Shown: piece after piece, positions 1-8,345 of the stretch
Layout: each line of letters opens with the position of its first letter
Numbering within the stretch: the first letter of the stretch is position 1
The notes under the pieces: model-generated
The model's database searches: none
What the model was told of the DNA's origin: nothing
The model's input: only the letters and a program-made list of their open reading frames with translations
Program-made: the position numbers and the translations under genes
NCBI RefSeq assembly: GCF_900199515.1
Contig: NZ_LT963433.1
Coordinates: forward strand, 1-32,000
Direction of reading: 5' to 3'
DNA from: Massilicoli timonensis
Lineage (GTDB): Bacteria; Bacillota_I; Bacilli_A; Erysipelotrichales; Erysipelotrichaceae
Length of the DNA: 32,000 bases

Positions 1-113
1 CTTTCTAGCGTCCTTTTCCTTTTTCTTGAATCATTTCGATTCGGGTTTGAATTGACGTTTTCCTGTTTAGTTTTCAAAGACCGACTTCTCGCACCCCTTT
101 TCGGTGCTCGCTT
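1..113 (-). other. Putative rRNA-operon leader transcribed leftward out of the window
   Basis: Lies downstream of the promoter at 114-142. The minus strand reads GGTCTTTGAAAACTAAACAGG (62-82), a motif typical of Firmicutes rrn leaders and spacers. A small hairpin GCACC/GGTGC sits at 91-107. There is no credible ORF. The 16S gene itself would lie beyond position 1, so this is unverified. Confidence 0.35.
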
Positions 114-142
114 ATAATATCAAATTCCTACTCTGCTGTCAA
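114..142 (-). promoter_or_regulatory. Strong sigma-A type promoter reading leftward
   Basis: On the minus strand: TTGACA (137-142), an exact 17-nt spacer, then TGaTATTAT, an extended -10 (114-122). Confidence 0.55.
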
Positions 143-145
143 CTA

Positions 146-236
146 CTTTTTTCCTTTTTATTCCCCTTTTTCTTCCCTCCCTTCTCCTTCTCCCTTCCCT
201 TGTCTTTTTTTGCCTTCTTTCCCTTCACTTTTCTCC
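146..236. repeat. Polypyrimidine (+) / polypurine (-) tract upstream of the leftward promoter
   Basis: By my count these 91 nt contain only four purines on the + strand (positions 160, 202, 212, 227). CT-rich blocks such as cttccctcccttctccttctcccttccc are present. The tract is non-coding. Confidence 0.8.
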
Positions 237-409
237 ATATTTTTCAATGTGTTGCAAGGGAATTCTCTATGTTAGCCGATAAATGCTTTTTATCGCTCAT
301 GCAATACTATCCTATCGTAAATCTTTTCGATATTCTTTCTATGTTAGTTTTTTGCCGATCCAAACACGCACTCTTCATCGTGCTTAGATCGATCATGCCT
401 GCGCTTGCT

Positions 410-1153
410 TCAGATATAACGAACACTGCGATCATCCAGACAAAACAATGCCAGTCTACCGCTTTCGCTTCCTAAAGCGCAGCCGCAGTCAATATCGATG
501 ATCCCTGCCTGCATCAGATCTTTTCGATTCGCCCAAATCCGATAAGGCTTCCCTTTTTGCAGATAAAGCGTCGGCGTATGTCCGTGAATCACGCAGCGAT
601 CTTCAAAAAAATCTGTCGTTTCCTCATAACGCTCCCATACCAAATGCACTGCTTCCACTTCTTCGCAGTTTGATAAATACAACACTTCTTCCTGTCGGTT
701 TGGCAAAGGACATGCATGTACAAGATAATACCGCTGTTCCTTTACCGTTAAATTTGTGATCGCCAGCGGTAACTCGCGCAAATACAAATACAGCTGCTTT
801 TGCCTTTCATCGCTTAACTGATAAAAAGCATGCAAAGTCGGCACATTTCCATTGCGATTCCACCTCTCTACCGCTTTTATCCGATTACACGCGCGAATAT
901 CTTTGAAATAACCGTAGTGCTCCTCGGCATATGACAGATATTCGACCATCATATGCTCATGATTGCCCATGATCAGTGTAACATGAGGGTTCTCCATGAT
1001 TTCTTCCAAAATCCGGATCCCCTCTTTTCCTCGATCGATCACATCACCTAATATATAAAGATGATCTGTACCGTTTACAAGATCAAGGGCTTCACATGCC
1101 TTTTTGAATTTATCGTACAGTCCATGTATATCACTGACTACATATGTACCCAT
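410..1153 (-). CDS. Metallophosphoesterase, PPP-family Ser/Thr phosphatase-like
   Basis: Calcineurin-fold motifs occur in order: SDIHG, LGDVIDRG, GNHEHM, HGHTP. The start is placed at MGTYVVSDIHG. The upstream TTG (1228) and ATG (1174) lack a well-spaced RBS, so the start remains uncertain. Confidence 0.8.
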   Translation of the reverse strand: MGTYVVSDIHGLYDKFKKACEALDLVNGTDHLYILGDVIDRGKEGIRILEEIMENPHVTLIMGNHEHMMVEYLSYAEEHYGYFKDIRACNRIKAVERWNRNGNVPTLHAFYQLSDERQKQLYLYLRELPLAITNLTVKEQRYYLVHACPLPNRQEEVLYLSNCEEVEAVHLVWERYEETTDFFEDRCVIHGHTPTLYLQKGKPYRIWANRKDLMQAGIIDIDCGCALGSESGRLALFCLDDRSVRYI

Positions 1154-1271
1154 TGTATGATTTCCATCAAGCATCTTCCTAATATGAATCTGCGATGCTT
1201 TCCTTTCTTTCCTGCTTGCTTTTCTCAATAATAGGATAAAAGCAAGACTTTCATCAAAATCTTGCTTTTCG

Positions 1272-1736
1272 TTATACGCCTAAATGGCCCACTTTGCCGA
1301 CATCGGCCGTTTCCTTCCGCGTTTTCCCGCAAATCGGATAATTCGGACATTTCTCATTGCAGGCCTCGCTGCTGATCGCCCGCAGCTTAGCGGGAATCAG
1401 CGAAGTGATCTCATCATCGTCATATCCAACCACAAACGTGCGCTCATCCAGTATGATCGGTCGTTTCATCACGGAAGGATTTTTCTGAATAAAAGCGATC
1501 AATTCTTTGGTCGATAAATCATCTATATTCATCTTCAATGCCTGAAACGGCTTACTTCTGGTCGAAATAATATCCTCGGTTCCATTCTCGCATCTGCTCA
1601 AGATATATTTGATCTCATCCTCTTTCAACAAGGTCGTAAAGATATTTTTTTCGACAAAAGGAAGATCGTTGTCTTTCAGCCATTGTTTTGCCTTCCGACA
1701 GCTTGCACAACCGGGCGATGTATATAACAATATCAT
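1272..1736 (-). CDS. spx: Spx/MgsR-family (ArsC-fold) global regulator with a Cys-rich C-terminal extension
   Basis: Near-colinear with Spx: MILLYTSPGCASCRKAKQWL (CxxC), DIISTRSKPFQ, MKRPIILDE, VGYDDDEI. AGGAGG at 1745-1750 lies 8 nt upstream of the ATG at 1736. The ORF-track GTG at 1742 is too close to that RBS. Confidence 0.85.
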   Translation of the reverse strand: MILLYTSPGCASCRKAKQWLKDNDLPFVEKNIFTTLLKEDEIKYILSRCENGTEDIISTRSKPFQALKMNIDDLSTKELIAFIQKNPSVMKRPIILDERTFVVGYDDDEITSLIPAKLRAISSEACNEKCPNYPICGKTRKETADVGKVGHLGV

Positions 1737-1900
1737 TTGCACATCCTCCTGTTCTGATCGTAATCTTTTATTACAGTCTCTATTATATTCTATTTATCAT
1801 TTTAATAAAAGCATAATTATCGATAATTTCTCTCCTGCGTCATTTTTCTGTTTTCGTTTGGCTTTTTTGCTTTATAATATACACGATAGGAGATGATGCT

Positions 1901-2257
1901 ATGATACGAAATCAAGATGACTGGCTGACAGGACAAATCGATACGATCATCAAACTGCTGGCCCAATTATATTTTCAAGACAGTAAGGCGATCGCTTGCT
2001 TAGACGAATCTGAAAAACGAAACCTTTATCAGGAAGTCATGGCGCTTATGGAAAAGCAAGCCTATCAGCAGCTCAACCAGCTGCTTTTAGAAAAGGCCGA
2101 AACACGCAGCAAAGAAACGTTAAAGCTCGCCCTGCACATTTATGATCGGTTCAATCGATTATCTGATGAAGAATTAGAAAAAGGAGCATTTTCACACAAT
2201 CGTTTATACGGCGCTGTGCAGGAACTGGAAAAAATTTATACAAATTTCTTTTTCTAG
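1901..2257 (+). CDS. Hypothetical small helical protein
   Basis: 118-aa ORF with AGGAG about 9 nt upstream of the ATG. Composition is non-repetitive and helix-rich. I recognise no family with confidence. Confidence 0.5.
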   Translation: MIRNQDDWLTGQIDTIIKLLAQLYFQDSKAIACLDESEKRNLYQEVMALMEKQAYQQLNQLLLEKAETRSKETLKLALHIYDRFNRLSDEELEKGAFSHNRLYGAVQELEKIYTNFFF

Positions 2258-2276
2258 TTTTCTTTTCAAAATTTAA

Positions 2277-2285
2277 TGCTATAAT
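2277..2285 (+). promoter_or_regulatory. Extended -10 promoter for the trpS T-box leader
   Basis: TGcTATAAT at 2277-2285. No good -35 hexamer is present. Confidence 0.45.
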
Positions 2286-2291
2286 ATAGCT

Positions 2292-2507
2292 AATTATTCG
2301 CAGAAGAAGCAAAAGTAGGTTGTTGTTATAAGCAAAGAGAGCTGATGGTCGGTGTAAATCAGCGTGAGGCAACAATACGAAGTGGGGCTTTGGAGAATCG
2401 ACAGACGTCGCGGGCAACCGTTATCTTGAAAAGTGGCGGCAGTTTTGCCGCAAGTTGGGTGGTACCACGCACATGCGTCCCTTCGTATGGGGCGCTTTTT
2501 ATTTTTT
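2292..2507 (+). promoter_or_regulatory. T-box riboswitch leader (tryptophan specifier) controlling trpS
   Basis: Stem I start GCAGAAGAAGCAAAAGTAGG. AG bulge AGAGAG near 2336. UGG at 2383-2385 in the context GAAG-UGG-G. T-box sequence TTGGGTGGTACCACGC at 2455-2470. Terminator GCGTCCC/GGGGCGC (2475-2481 / 2489-2495) followed by TTTTTATTTTTT. Confidence 0.85.
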
Positions 2508-2547
2508 CAGGCGCTGTCTTGTTTGCGATCAATAAAGGAGGAATTTT

Positions 2548-3534
2548 ATGAAACGCATGGTAAGCGGCATCAAGCCGACCGGAAAGCTGACCTTAGGCAA
2601 TTATATTGGGGCAATCTCTCAATTCATCCAATATCAAGATGAATATGAAATGTTTATCTTTATCGCCAATCAGCATGCGATCACTGTTGCGCAGGATGCA
2701 AAAGAACTGCGGCAGAATACGAAAAATCTGATCGCTTTGTATTTGGCATGTGGATTGGATCCCAAAAAGGTAACGATGTTTTTGCAATCAGATGTACCGG
2801 CACATACTACTTTAGGCTGGGTCATGACCTGCAATTCTTATATTGGTGAATTAAACCGCATGACGCAATTCAAAGATAAAAGTGCAAAAGGTGAAGTGAA
2901 TCTGACTGCCGGTCTTTATACTTATCCATCGCTGATGGCTGCGGATATTTTATTGTATGATGCGGACTATGTACCGGTCGGTGTTGATCAGAAGCAGCAT
3001 GTGGAGCTGGCGCGTAATTTAGCCGAACGTTTTAACAACCGCTATTCGCCTACTTTTGTCGTACCGACACCCCTTACCCCAAAAATAGGCGCCAAGATTT
3101 ATTCCCTGCAAAATCCACTGAAGAAAATGTCAAAATCTGAAGAAGATCCAAAAGGTACGATCGCTTTGCTAGATGAACCGGCGGTTGCCCGCAAAAAGAT
3201 CATGTCGGCAGTCACTGATTCTTTTGCATGTATCGCCTATGATCCGCAGAAACAACCGGGTTTATCCAACCTGATTCAGATCTTATCTTGTTTGAGCCAA
3301 GAACCGATCGAGGAAATTGTAAAGCGCTATGAAGGAAAAGGCTATGGTGAACTGAAAAAAGAAGTCGGCGATACCGTTTATACATTCTTAGAACAGCTGC
3401 AGGCACGCTATCGCGCTATCATGGATAGCAATATCATCGAGGACATCCTTAAAGAAGGCGCGCAAAAGGCCAGCTTGATCGCCAACAAGAAAGTGGCAAA
3501 AGTACATCGCAAAGTCGGACTTTCTCTGTTTTGA
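2548..3534 (+). CDS. trpS: Tryptophan--tRNA ligase
   Basis: Class I aaRS signatures: PTGKLTLGNYIG (HIGH-equivalent) and KMSKS. 328 aa. AGGAGG RBS. Preceded by a Trp T-box leader. Confidence 0.95.
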   Translation: MKRMVSGIKPTGKLTLGNYIGAISQFIQYQDEYEMFIFIANQHAITVAQDAKELRQNTKNLIALYLACGLDPKKVTMFLQSDVPAHTTLGWVMTCNSYIGELNRMTQFKDKSAKGEVNLTAGLYTYPSLMAADILLYDADYVPVGVDQKQHVELARNLAERFNNRYSPTFVVPTPLTPKIGAKIYSLQNPLKKMSKSEEDPKGTIALLDEPAVARKKIMSAVTDSFACIAYDPQKQPGLSNLIQILSCLSQEPIEEIVKRYEGKGYGELKKEVGDTVYTFLEQLQARYRAIMDSNIIEDILKEGAQKASLIANKKVAKVHRKVGLSLF

Positions 3535-3563
3535 CGATCGATCGTTTCCGATCAGATCACATA

Positions 3564-3603
3564 AAAAGGAACGAAGCCACAATCTGACTGCATCGTTCCT
3601 TTT
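3564..3603. terminator. Bidirectional rho-independent terminator between convergent trpS and uppP
   Basis: AAAAGGAACGA (3564-3574) pairs with TCGTTCCTTTT (3593-3603). A and T runs are available on both strands. Confidence 0.7.
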
Positions 3604-3637
3604 CTTATTAAATGAAATGCTTGAAAACACTGCTTTT

Positions 3638-4507
3638 TTACACGTTGAGATTGATGGAAATTCCCATCATCGGCGCCAACACATAGGCAAACAATAAAAT
3701 TGCCACGCCTAAAATAATGCGGTAATAGCCAAATATCTTGAAATCATGACGGCGGATATAACTCAAAAGCATACGAATGGCAAATACAGATACGATGAAG
3801 GAAACCGCCATTGCCACAAGCAAGATCGTCATCTCTTCTCCGCTTGGGATCGGATTTCCATCCCACACATATTTGAAGATCTTTAAGCCGCTGGCACCCA
3901 GCATGACCGGAATGGCACAAAAGAAGGAAAATTCTGAAGCGATCTTGCGATCGGTGCCAAGCAATGACGCCCCTAAGATGGTCGCACCGGAACGAGAAGT
4001 ACCCGGAATCATCGCCAACACCTGAAAAAAGCCGATTCCCAAAGATGTTTTTACATCAATTTCCGATAAACGCCGAATCACAGCATGGCGTTTTTTGCTT
4101 TCCATGACCAAAAACAACACGCCATATACGATCAGCATGATCGCAACCACCAAGGCATTCTGCATCTTGCTTTCGATCCAGTCATTCAAAAGCAGTCCCA
4201 ATACCGCCGCCGGCAAGGATGCGATCAGCACCTTTTCCCAAAGCGTCCATGTCGCACGTCGTTCACTGATGCTTTTACGGCGAGAAAAAGGATTCAGCTT
4301 ATGAAAATAAAGCAAAACCACCGCCAAGATCGATCCAAACTGGATCACTACCAGAAACAACCCCCAAAAGCGCGGGTTTTCCAGTGATAGTTCCATCGGC
4401 CATATACTGTTGAACAAGATCATATGACCGGTCGAACTGATCGGCAGCCATTCGGTAATGCCCTGAATGATCCCGATCAGCACTGTTTTTATCAATTCAA
4501 CTATCAT
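3638..4507 (-). CDS. uppP: Undecaprenyl-diphosphate phosphatase
   Basis: Motifs EWLPISSTGH and PGTSRSGATI, in a polytopic membrane protein. The start is moved to the third codon (ATG at 4507) because GAGG at 4515-4518 is 7 nt upstream of it. Confidence 0.9.
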   Translation of the reverse strand: MIVELIKTVLIGIIQGITEWLPISSTGHMILFNSIWPMELSLENPRFWGLFLVVIQFGSILAVVLLYFHKLNPFSRRKSISERRATWTLWEKVLIASLPAAVLGLLLNDWIESKMQNALVVAIMLIVYGVLFLVMESKKRHAVIRRLSEIDVKTSLGIGFFQVLAMIPGTSRSGATILGASLLGTDRKIASEFSFFCAIPVMLGASGLKIFKYVWDGNPIPSGEEMTILLVAMAVSFIVSVFAIRMLLSYIRRHDFKIFGYYRIILGVAILLFAYVLAPMMGISINLNV

Positions 4508-4601
4508 AACCATACCTCTTTATCTTATCATTGCTTATTGTACCATACCGACAGACGAGAATCTATGCCTTGCCTGTATCTTGTCAAAAGGTAAAATTCT
4601 C

Positions 4602-5936
4602 TCAACGCTGCCCTTGTTTCAAATATTCGGCAACATAGTCTTTGAAAACACGTCCGCGTTCTTCGTAGTTGGCGAACTGATCATAACTGGAAGTTGCCGG
4701 TGCAAGCAGGATCACATCGCCGCTTTGCGCCAAGGCAACAGCCTGATCAAAAGCTGCTTTCAGATCAGTTACCGTTTCCACATGGGTAAAGATTGGCACA
4801 AACTGATCTTTGATCATGCCATAGGCAAAACATTTTTTTACTTTGGCATCGTACTTGCGCAAAGAATCGTAGGAAATGCCTTTATCGTAGCCGCCCGCCA
4901 ACAAGATCACATTGCCATCAAAGGAAGACAGCGCTGTTTCACATGCATCGGTATTGGTCGCTTTGGAATCATTGTAAAAACGGACGCCGTTTCGCTCTCC
5001 GCAAAATTCCAAGCGATGCTCAACACCTTCAAAAGCCGCAATTCCGTTTCTGATTTCCACAAGCGGTACTCCCATCTTATATGCCATACATGCGGCAACC
5101 ATTGCATTCGCCAAATTATGCTTGCCGACAATTTGCAGAGAATCGATTGAAAACAACAACTGATCCCATAAATAAACCGCACCCTCTTTGACATACAGAT
5201 CGACGTCTTGCCGCTCCAAAGAAAAATCAATGATCTTACAGGGAATCGCTTTGGCATAGCGCATCAGCGTCGCATCATCGACATTGCGCAGGAACCAGTC
5301 ATCGCCGCTTTGATTCTGCATAATTTTCATTTTTGACGCATAATAGGCTTCTTCACTTTTCATATAGTCAAGGTGATCCGGTGCCAGATTGCATACGACC
5401 GACACAAGCGGATGAAAATCTTTGATGCCTAACAGCTGAAAGTTGCTTAATTCTATTGCGACATCAGCTGTTTCTTCGCCATGCGCCAATACGACTTCAC
5501 TTAGCGCATAACCGATATTACCGGCCACCAGCGCATGATCCTTTTTACGCTTCAGCAGTGCATAAAGCAAGGAAGTGATCGTCGTCTTGCCATTGGTGCC
5601 GGTAACAGCACCGTATGTAAATCCCTTTGCATAATGATAAGCGATCTCTACCTCGGTATAGATGGGAACCTTTTTTTCGAGAAAGTAAGCAATGAATGGA
5701 TTATGATAGGGAATCCCGGGATTTTTTACAAGATAGTCCCAGTCGATTTGCTTTAAGCTTTCCGGATGACCGCCATCTAATACCGTAATGCCCAACTGCT
5801 CCAGCTGTGCTTTTTGCGGGATCGGCTTTTGATCGGTGATCGTTACCGCTGCGCCCTTTTGTATTAAAAGGCGCGCGACCGCGTCCCCGCTTTTTCCACA
5901 GCCGACCACCAGTACCTTTGCTTTTTCTTCTTTCAT
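4602..5936 (-). CDS. murD: UDP-N-acetylmuramoylalanine--D-glutamate ligase
   Basis: N-terminal Rossmann motif VVGCGKSG and Mur ligase P-loop GTNGKTT. Sits in the expected dcw position after mraY. Confidence 0.93.
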   Translation of the reverse strand: MKEEKAKVLVVGCGKSGDAVARLLIQKGAAVTITDQKPIPQKAQLEQLGITVLDGGHPESLKQIDWDYLVKNPGIPYHNPFIAYFLEKKVPIYTEVEIAYHYAKGFTYGAVTGTNGKTTITSLLYALLKRKKDHALVAGNIGYALSEVVLAHGEETADVAIELSNFQLLGIKDFHPLVSVVCNLAPDHLDYMKSEEAYYASKMKIMQNQSGDDWFLRNVDDATLMRYAKAIPCKIIDFSLERQDVDLYVKEGAVYLWDQLLFSIDSLQIVGKHNLANAMVAACMAYKMGVPLVEIRNGIAAFEGVEHRLEFCGERNGVRFYNDSKATNTDACETALSSFDGNVILLAGGYDKGISYDSLRKYDAKVKKCFAYGMIKDQFVPIFTHVETVTDLKAAFDQAVALAQSGDVILLAPATSSYDQFANYEERGRVFKDYVAEYLKQGQR

Positions 5937-5937
5937 C

Positions 5938-6900
5938 TTACATCACTCCAAACCAGCATCCGATCACGGCACAGATCAAGCCAAACGACCAAAACAACAG
6001 AACGACCTGCGTTTCCTTAAAACCGCTCAACTCAAAATGATGATGGATCGGCGCCATCTTAAATACTCTTTTCCGTGTCAATTTATAACTGGTAACCTGA
6101 ATGACCACTGACAGTGTCTCAATCAAGAATACCGCCCCGATGATCAGCAGCAGCAATTCTTTTTTCAATACCATTGCACTGGCAGCCAAAAGTCCGCCTA
6201 AAGCCAAACTGCCGGTATCCCCCATAAAAATTTTAGCCGGATGTAAATTAAACTTCAAATATCCAAGCAGCGCTCCCGCTACCGCAAGCAGCAGCAGCGC
6301 CAAATCACTGTTTTTCTGTACCAGCGCAAATACGATATACGGTGCGATCGCGATCACGCTGCATCCGGCACACAATCCATCTAACCCATCGGTGAGATTA
6401 ACCGCATTGCTTTCTGCAGTAAACATGATAAATACCAAAGCAAAATAGAAAATGCCCAGCTCCAGCGGTTCTTTTATAAACGGTAAATCAATGGCAGTCG
6501 ATGCCATGCCCTGGTAAATGAAATAAAACAAAACAGCCAGCACGCTCTGCATCGCAAATTTTACCGCCGGTTTTAAGCCGTCGTTCTTCTTCTGTACAAC
6601 GATCAGATAATCGTCGATAAAACCGATCAGCGCATATCCAAGATAAGCAAGCATCACGATCAGCACATCCAAAGAGAAAAACGCCTGATGATCCAGTATC
6701 GCCATTATCAACAGCGGCACGATCACAAACACGATTCCCCCCATGGTCGGGGTCCCGGTTTTCTTCATATGGGATTGCGGTCCTTCTTTGCGAATGCTTT
6801 GACCGAATTTGATCTTATGTAGAAAAGGAATCAAGATCGGCATAACACATAAAGTCGCCGCTAAACTGATTCCGAATGATAAAGCATATTTGATAAACAT
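5938..6900 (-). CDS. mraY: Phospho-N-acetylmuramoyl-pentapeptide transferase
   Basis: Motifs GFIDDYLIV, MGDTGSLALGG and PIHHHFE. Strong RBS GGAAGGAGG 7 nt upstream. The start lies 40 nt inside the murE 3' end. Confidence 0.95.
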   Translation of the reverse strand: MFIKYALSFGISLAATLCVMPILIPFLHKIKFGQSIRKEGPQSHMKKTGTPTMGGIVFVIVPLLIMAILDHQAFFSLDVLIVMLAYLGYALIGFIDDYLIVVQKKNDGLKPAVKFAMQSVLAVLFYFIYQGMASTAIDLPFIKEPLELGIFYFALVFIMFTAESNAVNLTDGLDGLCAGCSVIAIAPYIVFALVQKNSDLALLLLAVAGALLGYLKFNLHPAKIFMGDTGSLALGGLLAASAMVLKKELLLLIIGAVFLIETLSVVIQVTSYKLTRKRVFKMAPIHHHFELSGFKETQVVLLFWSFGLICAVIGCWFGVM

Positions 6901-8345
6901 GGAAATCCTCCTTCCAAGATCCGCAGCACTGTTTCCTTATCACAATAGGGCAGCCGTTCCTGTTTTACCAACTGTACTTTTTCACTGCCTCTACCACAGA
7001 TTAGTATTATATCATTTTTCTTAGCATTTGTAAGGGCATATTTGATGGCAAATTGACGATTTTCAATGACGACGCCGCGAAAGGATGGAAAAGCGATCAT
7101 TTCCATGAGAATTTGCCAAGGCGCTTCTCCTCTTGGATTATCACTGGTGGCAATCACAACATCACTAAAAGCACAGGCGATCTGTGTCATTTCCCGCCGC
7201 TTGCCGGTATCACGCTCCCCACCGCAGCCAAATACGGTAATCATGCGCTGCTTTGCTTCTTTGAGCGCTTTTACATCATGAAGCAAGGAAGCCAAAGCAC
7301 TGCTTGTATGGGCATAGTCGATGAGGATCATTTTTTCATCAGCCCTAAACAGTTCCATTCTTCCCTCTTTTCCCTGCAACAGAGGAATCTGCTTTTGTAA
7401 TTGCCGATAGGATAAGCGTATGCTTCTGCCATAAGCGATGACCATTGCCAAATTATGAATTTGAAAAGCACCGATCAGCGGCGTTTGAAACAAATAACCG
7501 TTCAGTCGAAAACGGCTCCCCTTTAAGGTACAGGAAAGGGGCGTGATCTGCATATGTGCCCCATGTTCGCCGACCGTTATCAAATGAGGAATCTTAAATT
7601 GATCAATTTCTTTCATCTCCTCGCTGTCATGGAATACGATCATCGTTCCCTGCTCTTTCAAATACCAGCGCAGTGAAAACTTCGTATATCGATACTGCAC
7701 TTTCGTAATATGATCATCTAAATGATCACTTGTAATAGAATTTAACAGCACGGTATCAAAGCGAAGCAAAGCGCATCTTCTCTGCATGATCGCCTGAGAA
7801 GAAACCTCCATCACCACATGCGTGATCTTTTGTTCTAACGCTTCATCCAGCAGTGAAAACAGCTTGCTGGCACAGGGCGTGGTGCGCTCGCTTGGATACT
7901 GTTTTCCATTAAAAGAAATACCATCTGTGCCGATCCACAAATACGGCACTTGATTCTCTTTCCAGAGCTGGGCGATCAAATGGGAAACACTGCTTTTCCC
8001 GTTGGTGCCACTGACCCCGACTAATGTGACCTGTTCCCATACTTTGCCATAAAGTGCTAACAGGATCGCTGCTTCATAGTGATCGATTCGATCACAGTAC
8101 ACGACTTTTTTATGATCCAAAGCATCTTTTCCGAGGATTTCCCGCTTCTCACAGAGAACCACACCGCCCTGCCGCAGCACTTCTTCCATAAATACACCGC
8201 CGTGTACATGAGCGCCTGCCTTTGCCAGAAAAAGCCATCCCGACTTCACTTCCCGATGTGACTGGGTAACACCTTGGATCTTTGTTTCATCACCGCCTGA
8301 TAAATTGAGATGTTTCATCAGTTCATGAAAATGAATCTTCTTCAA
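6861..8345 (-). CDS. murE: UDP-MurNAc-L-Ala-D-Glu--2,6-diaminopimelate ligase
   Basis: P-loop GVSGTNGKSS. The DNPR motif (ATSDNPRGE) indicates the meso-DAP-adding type. The start is ambiguous: TTG at 8345 has GAAAGGTG upstream, and the alternatives are ATG at 8372 or 8318. Confidence 0.9.
   Translation of the reverse strand: MKKIHFHELMKHLNLSGGDETKIQGVTQSHREVKSGWLFLAKAGAHVHGGVFMEEVLRQGGVVLCEKREILGKDALDHKKVVYCDRIDHYEAAILLALYGKVWEQVTLVGVSGTNGKSSVSHLIAQLWKENQVPYLWIGTDGISFNGKQYPSERTTPCASKLFSLLDEALEQKITHVVMEVSSQAIMQRRCALLRFDTVLLNSITSDHLDDHITKVQYRYTKFSLRWYLKEQGTMIVFHDSEEMKEIDQFKIPHLITVGEHGAHMQITPLSCTLKGSRFRLNGYLFQTPLIGAFQIHNLAMVIAYGRSIRLSYRQLQKQIPLLQGKEGRMELFRADEKMILIDYAHTSSALASLLHDVKALKEAKQRMITVFGCGGERDTGKRREMTQIACAFSDVVIATSDNPRGEAPWQILMEMIAFPSFRGVVIENRQFAIKYALTNAKKNDIILICGRGSEKVQLVKQERLPYCDKETVLRILEGGFPCLSNMLYHSESV

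Noticed and set aside
104-475. 123-aa + strand ORF at the left end
   Set aside because: It is a translation of the polypyrimidine tract (F/L/P/S low complexity). It has no RBS and overlaps the leftward promoter and the 3' end of the phosphatase gene. It is spurious.
4467-5150. 227-aa + strand ORF antisense to murD, together with similar long antisense ORFs at 11276..11761, 12954..13424, 15295..16061 and 17862..18347
   Set aside because: They lie fully inside high-confidence minus-strand genes (murD, pbp2B, rsmH, polC). They have no RBS and no recognisable motifs. They are typical shadow ORFs.
6861-6900. 40-nt overlap between the murE 3' end and the mraY start, and overlap of the murE start region with the upstream PBP gene
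   Set aside because: The mraY start is well supported by a strong RBS. Overlaps of this size occur in compact dcw clusters. I see no sign of a frameshift or fusion, so it is ordinary operon architecture.
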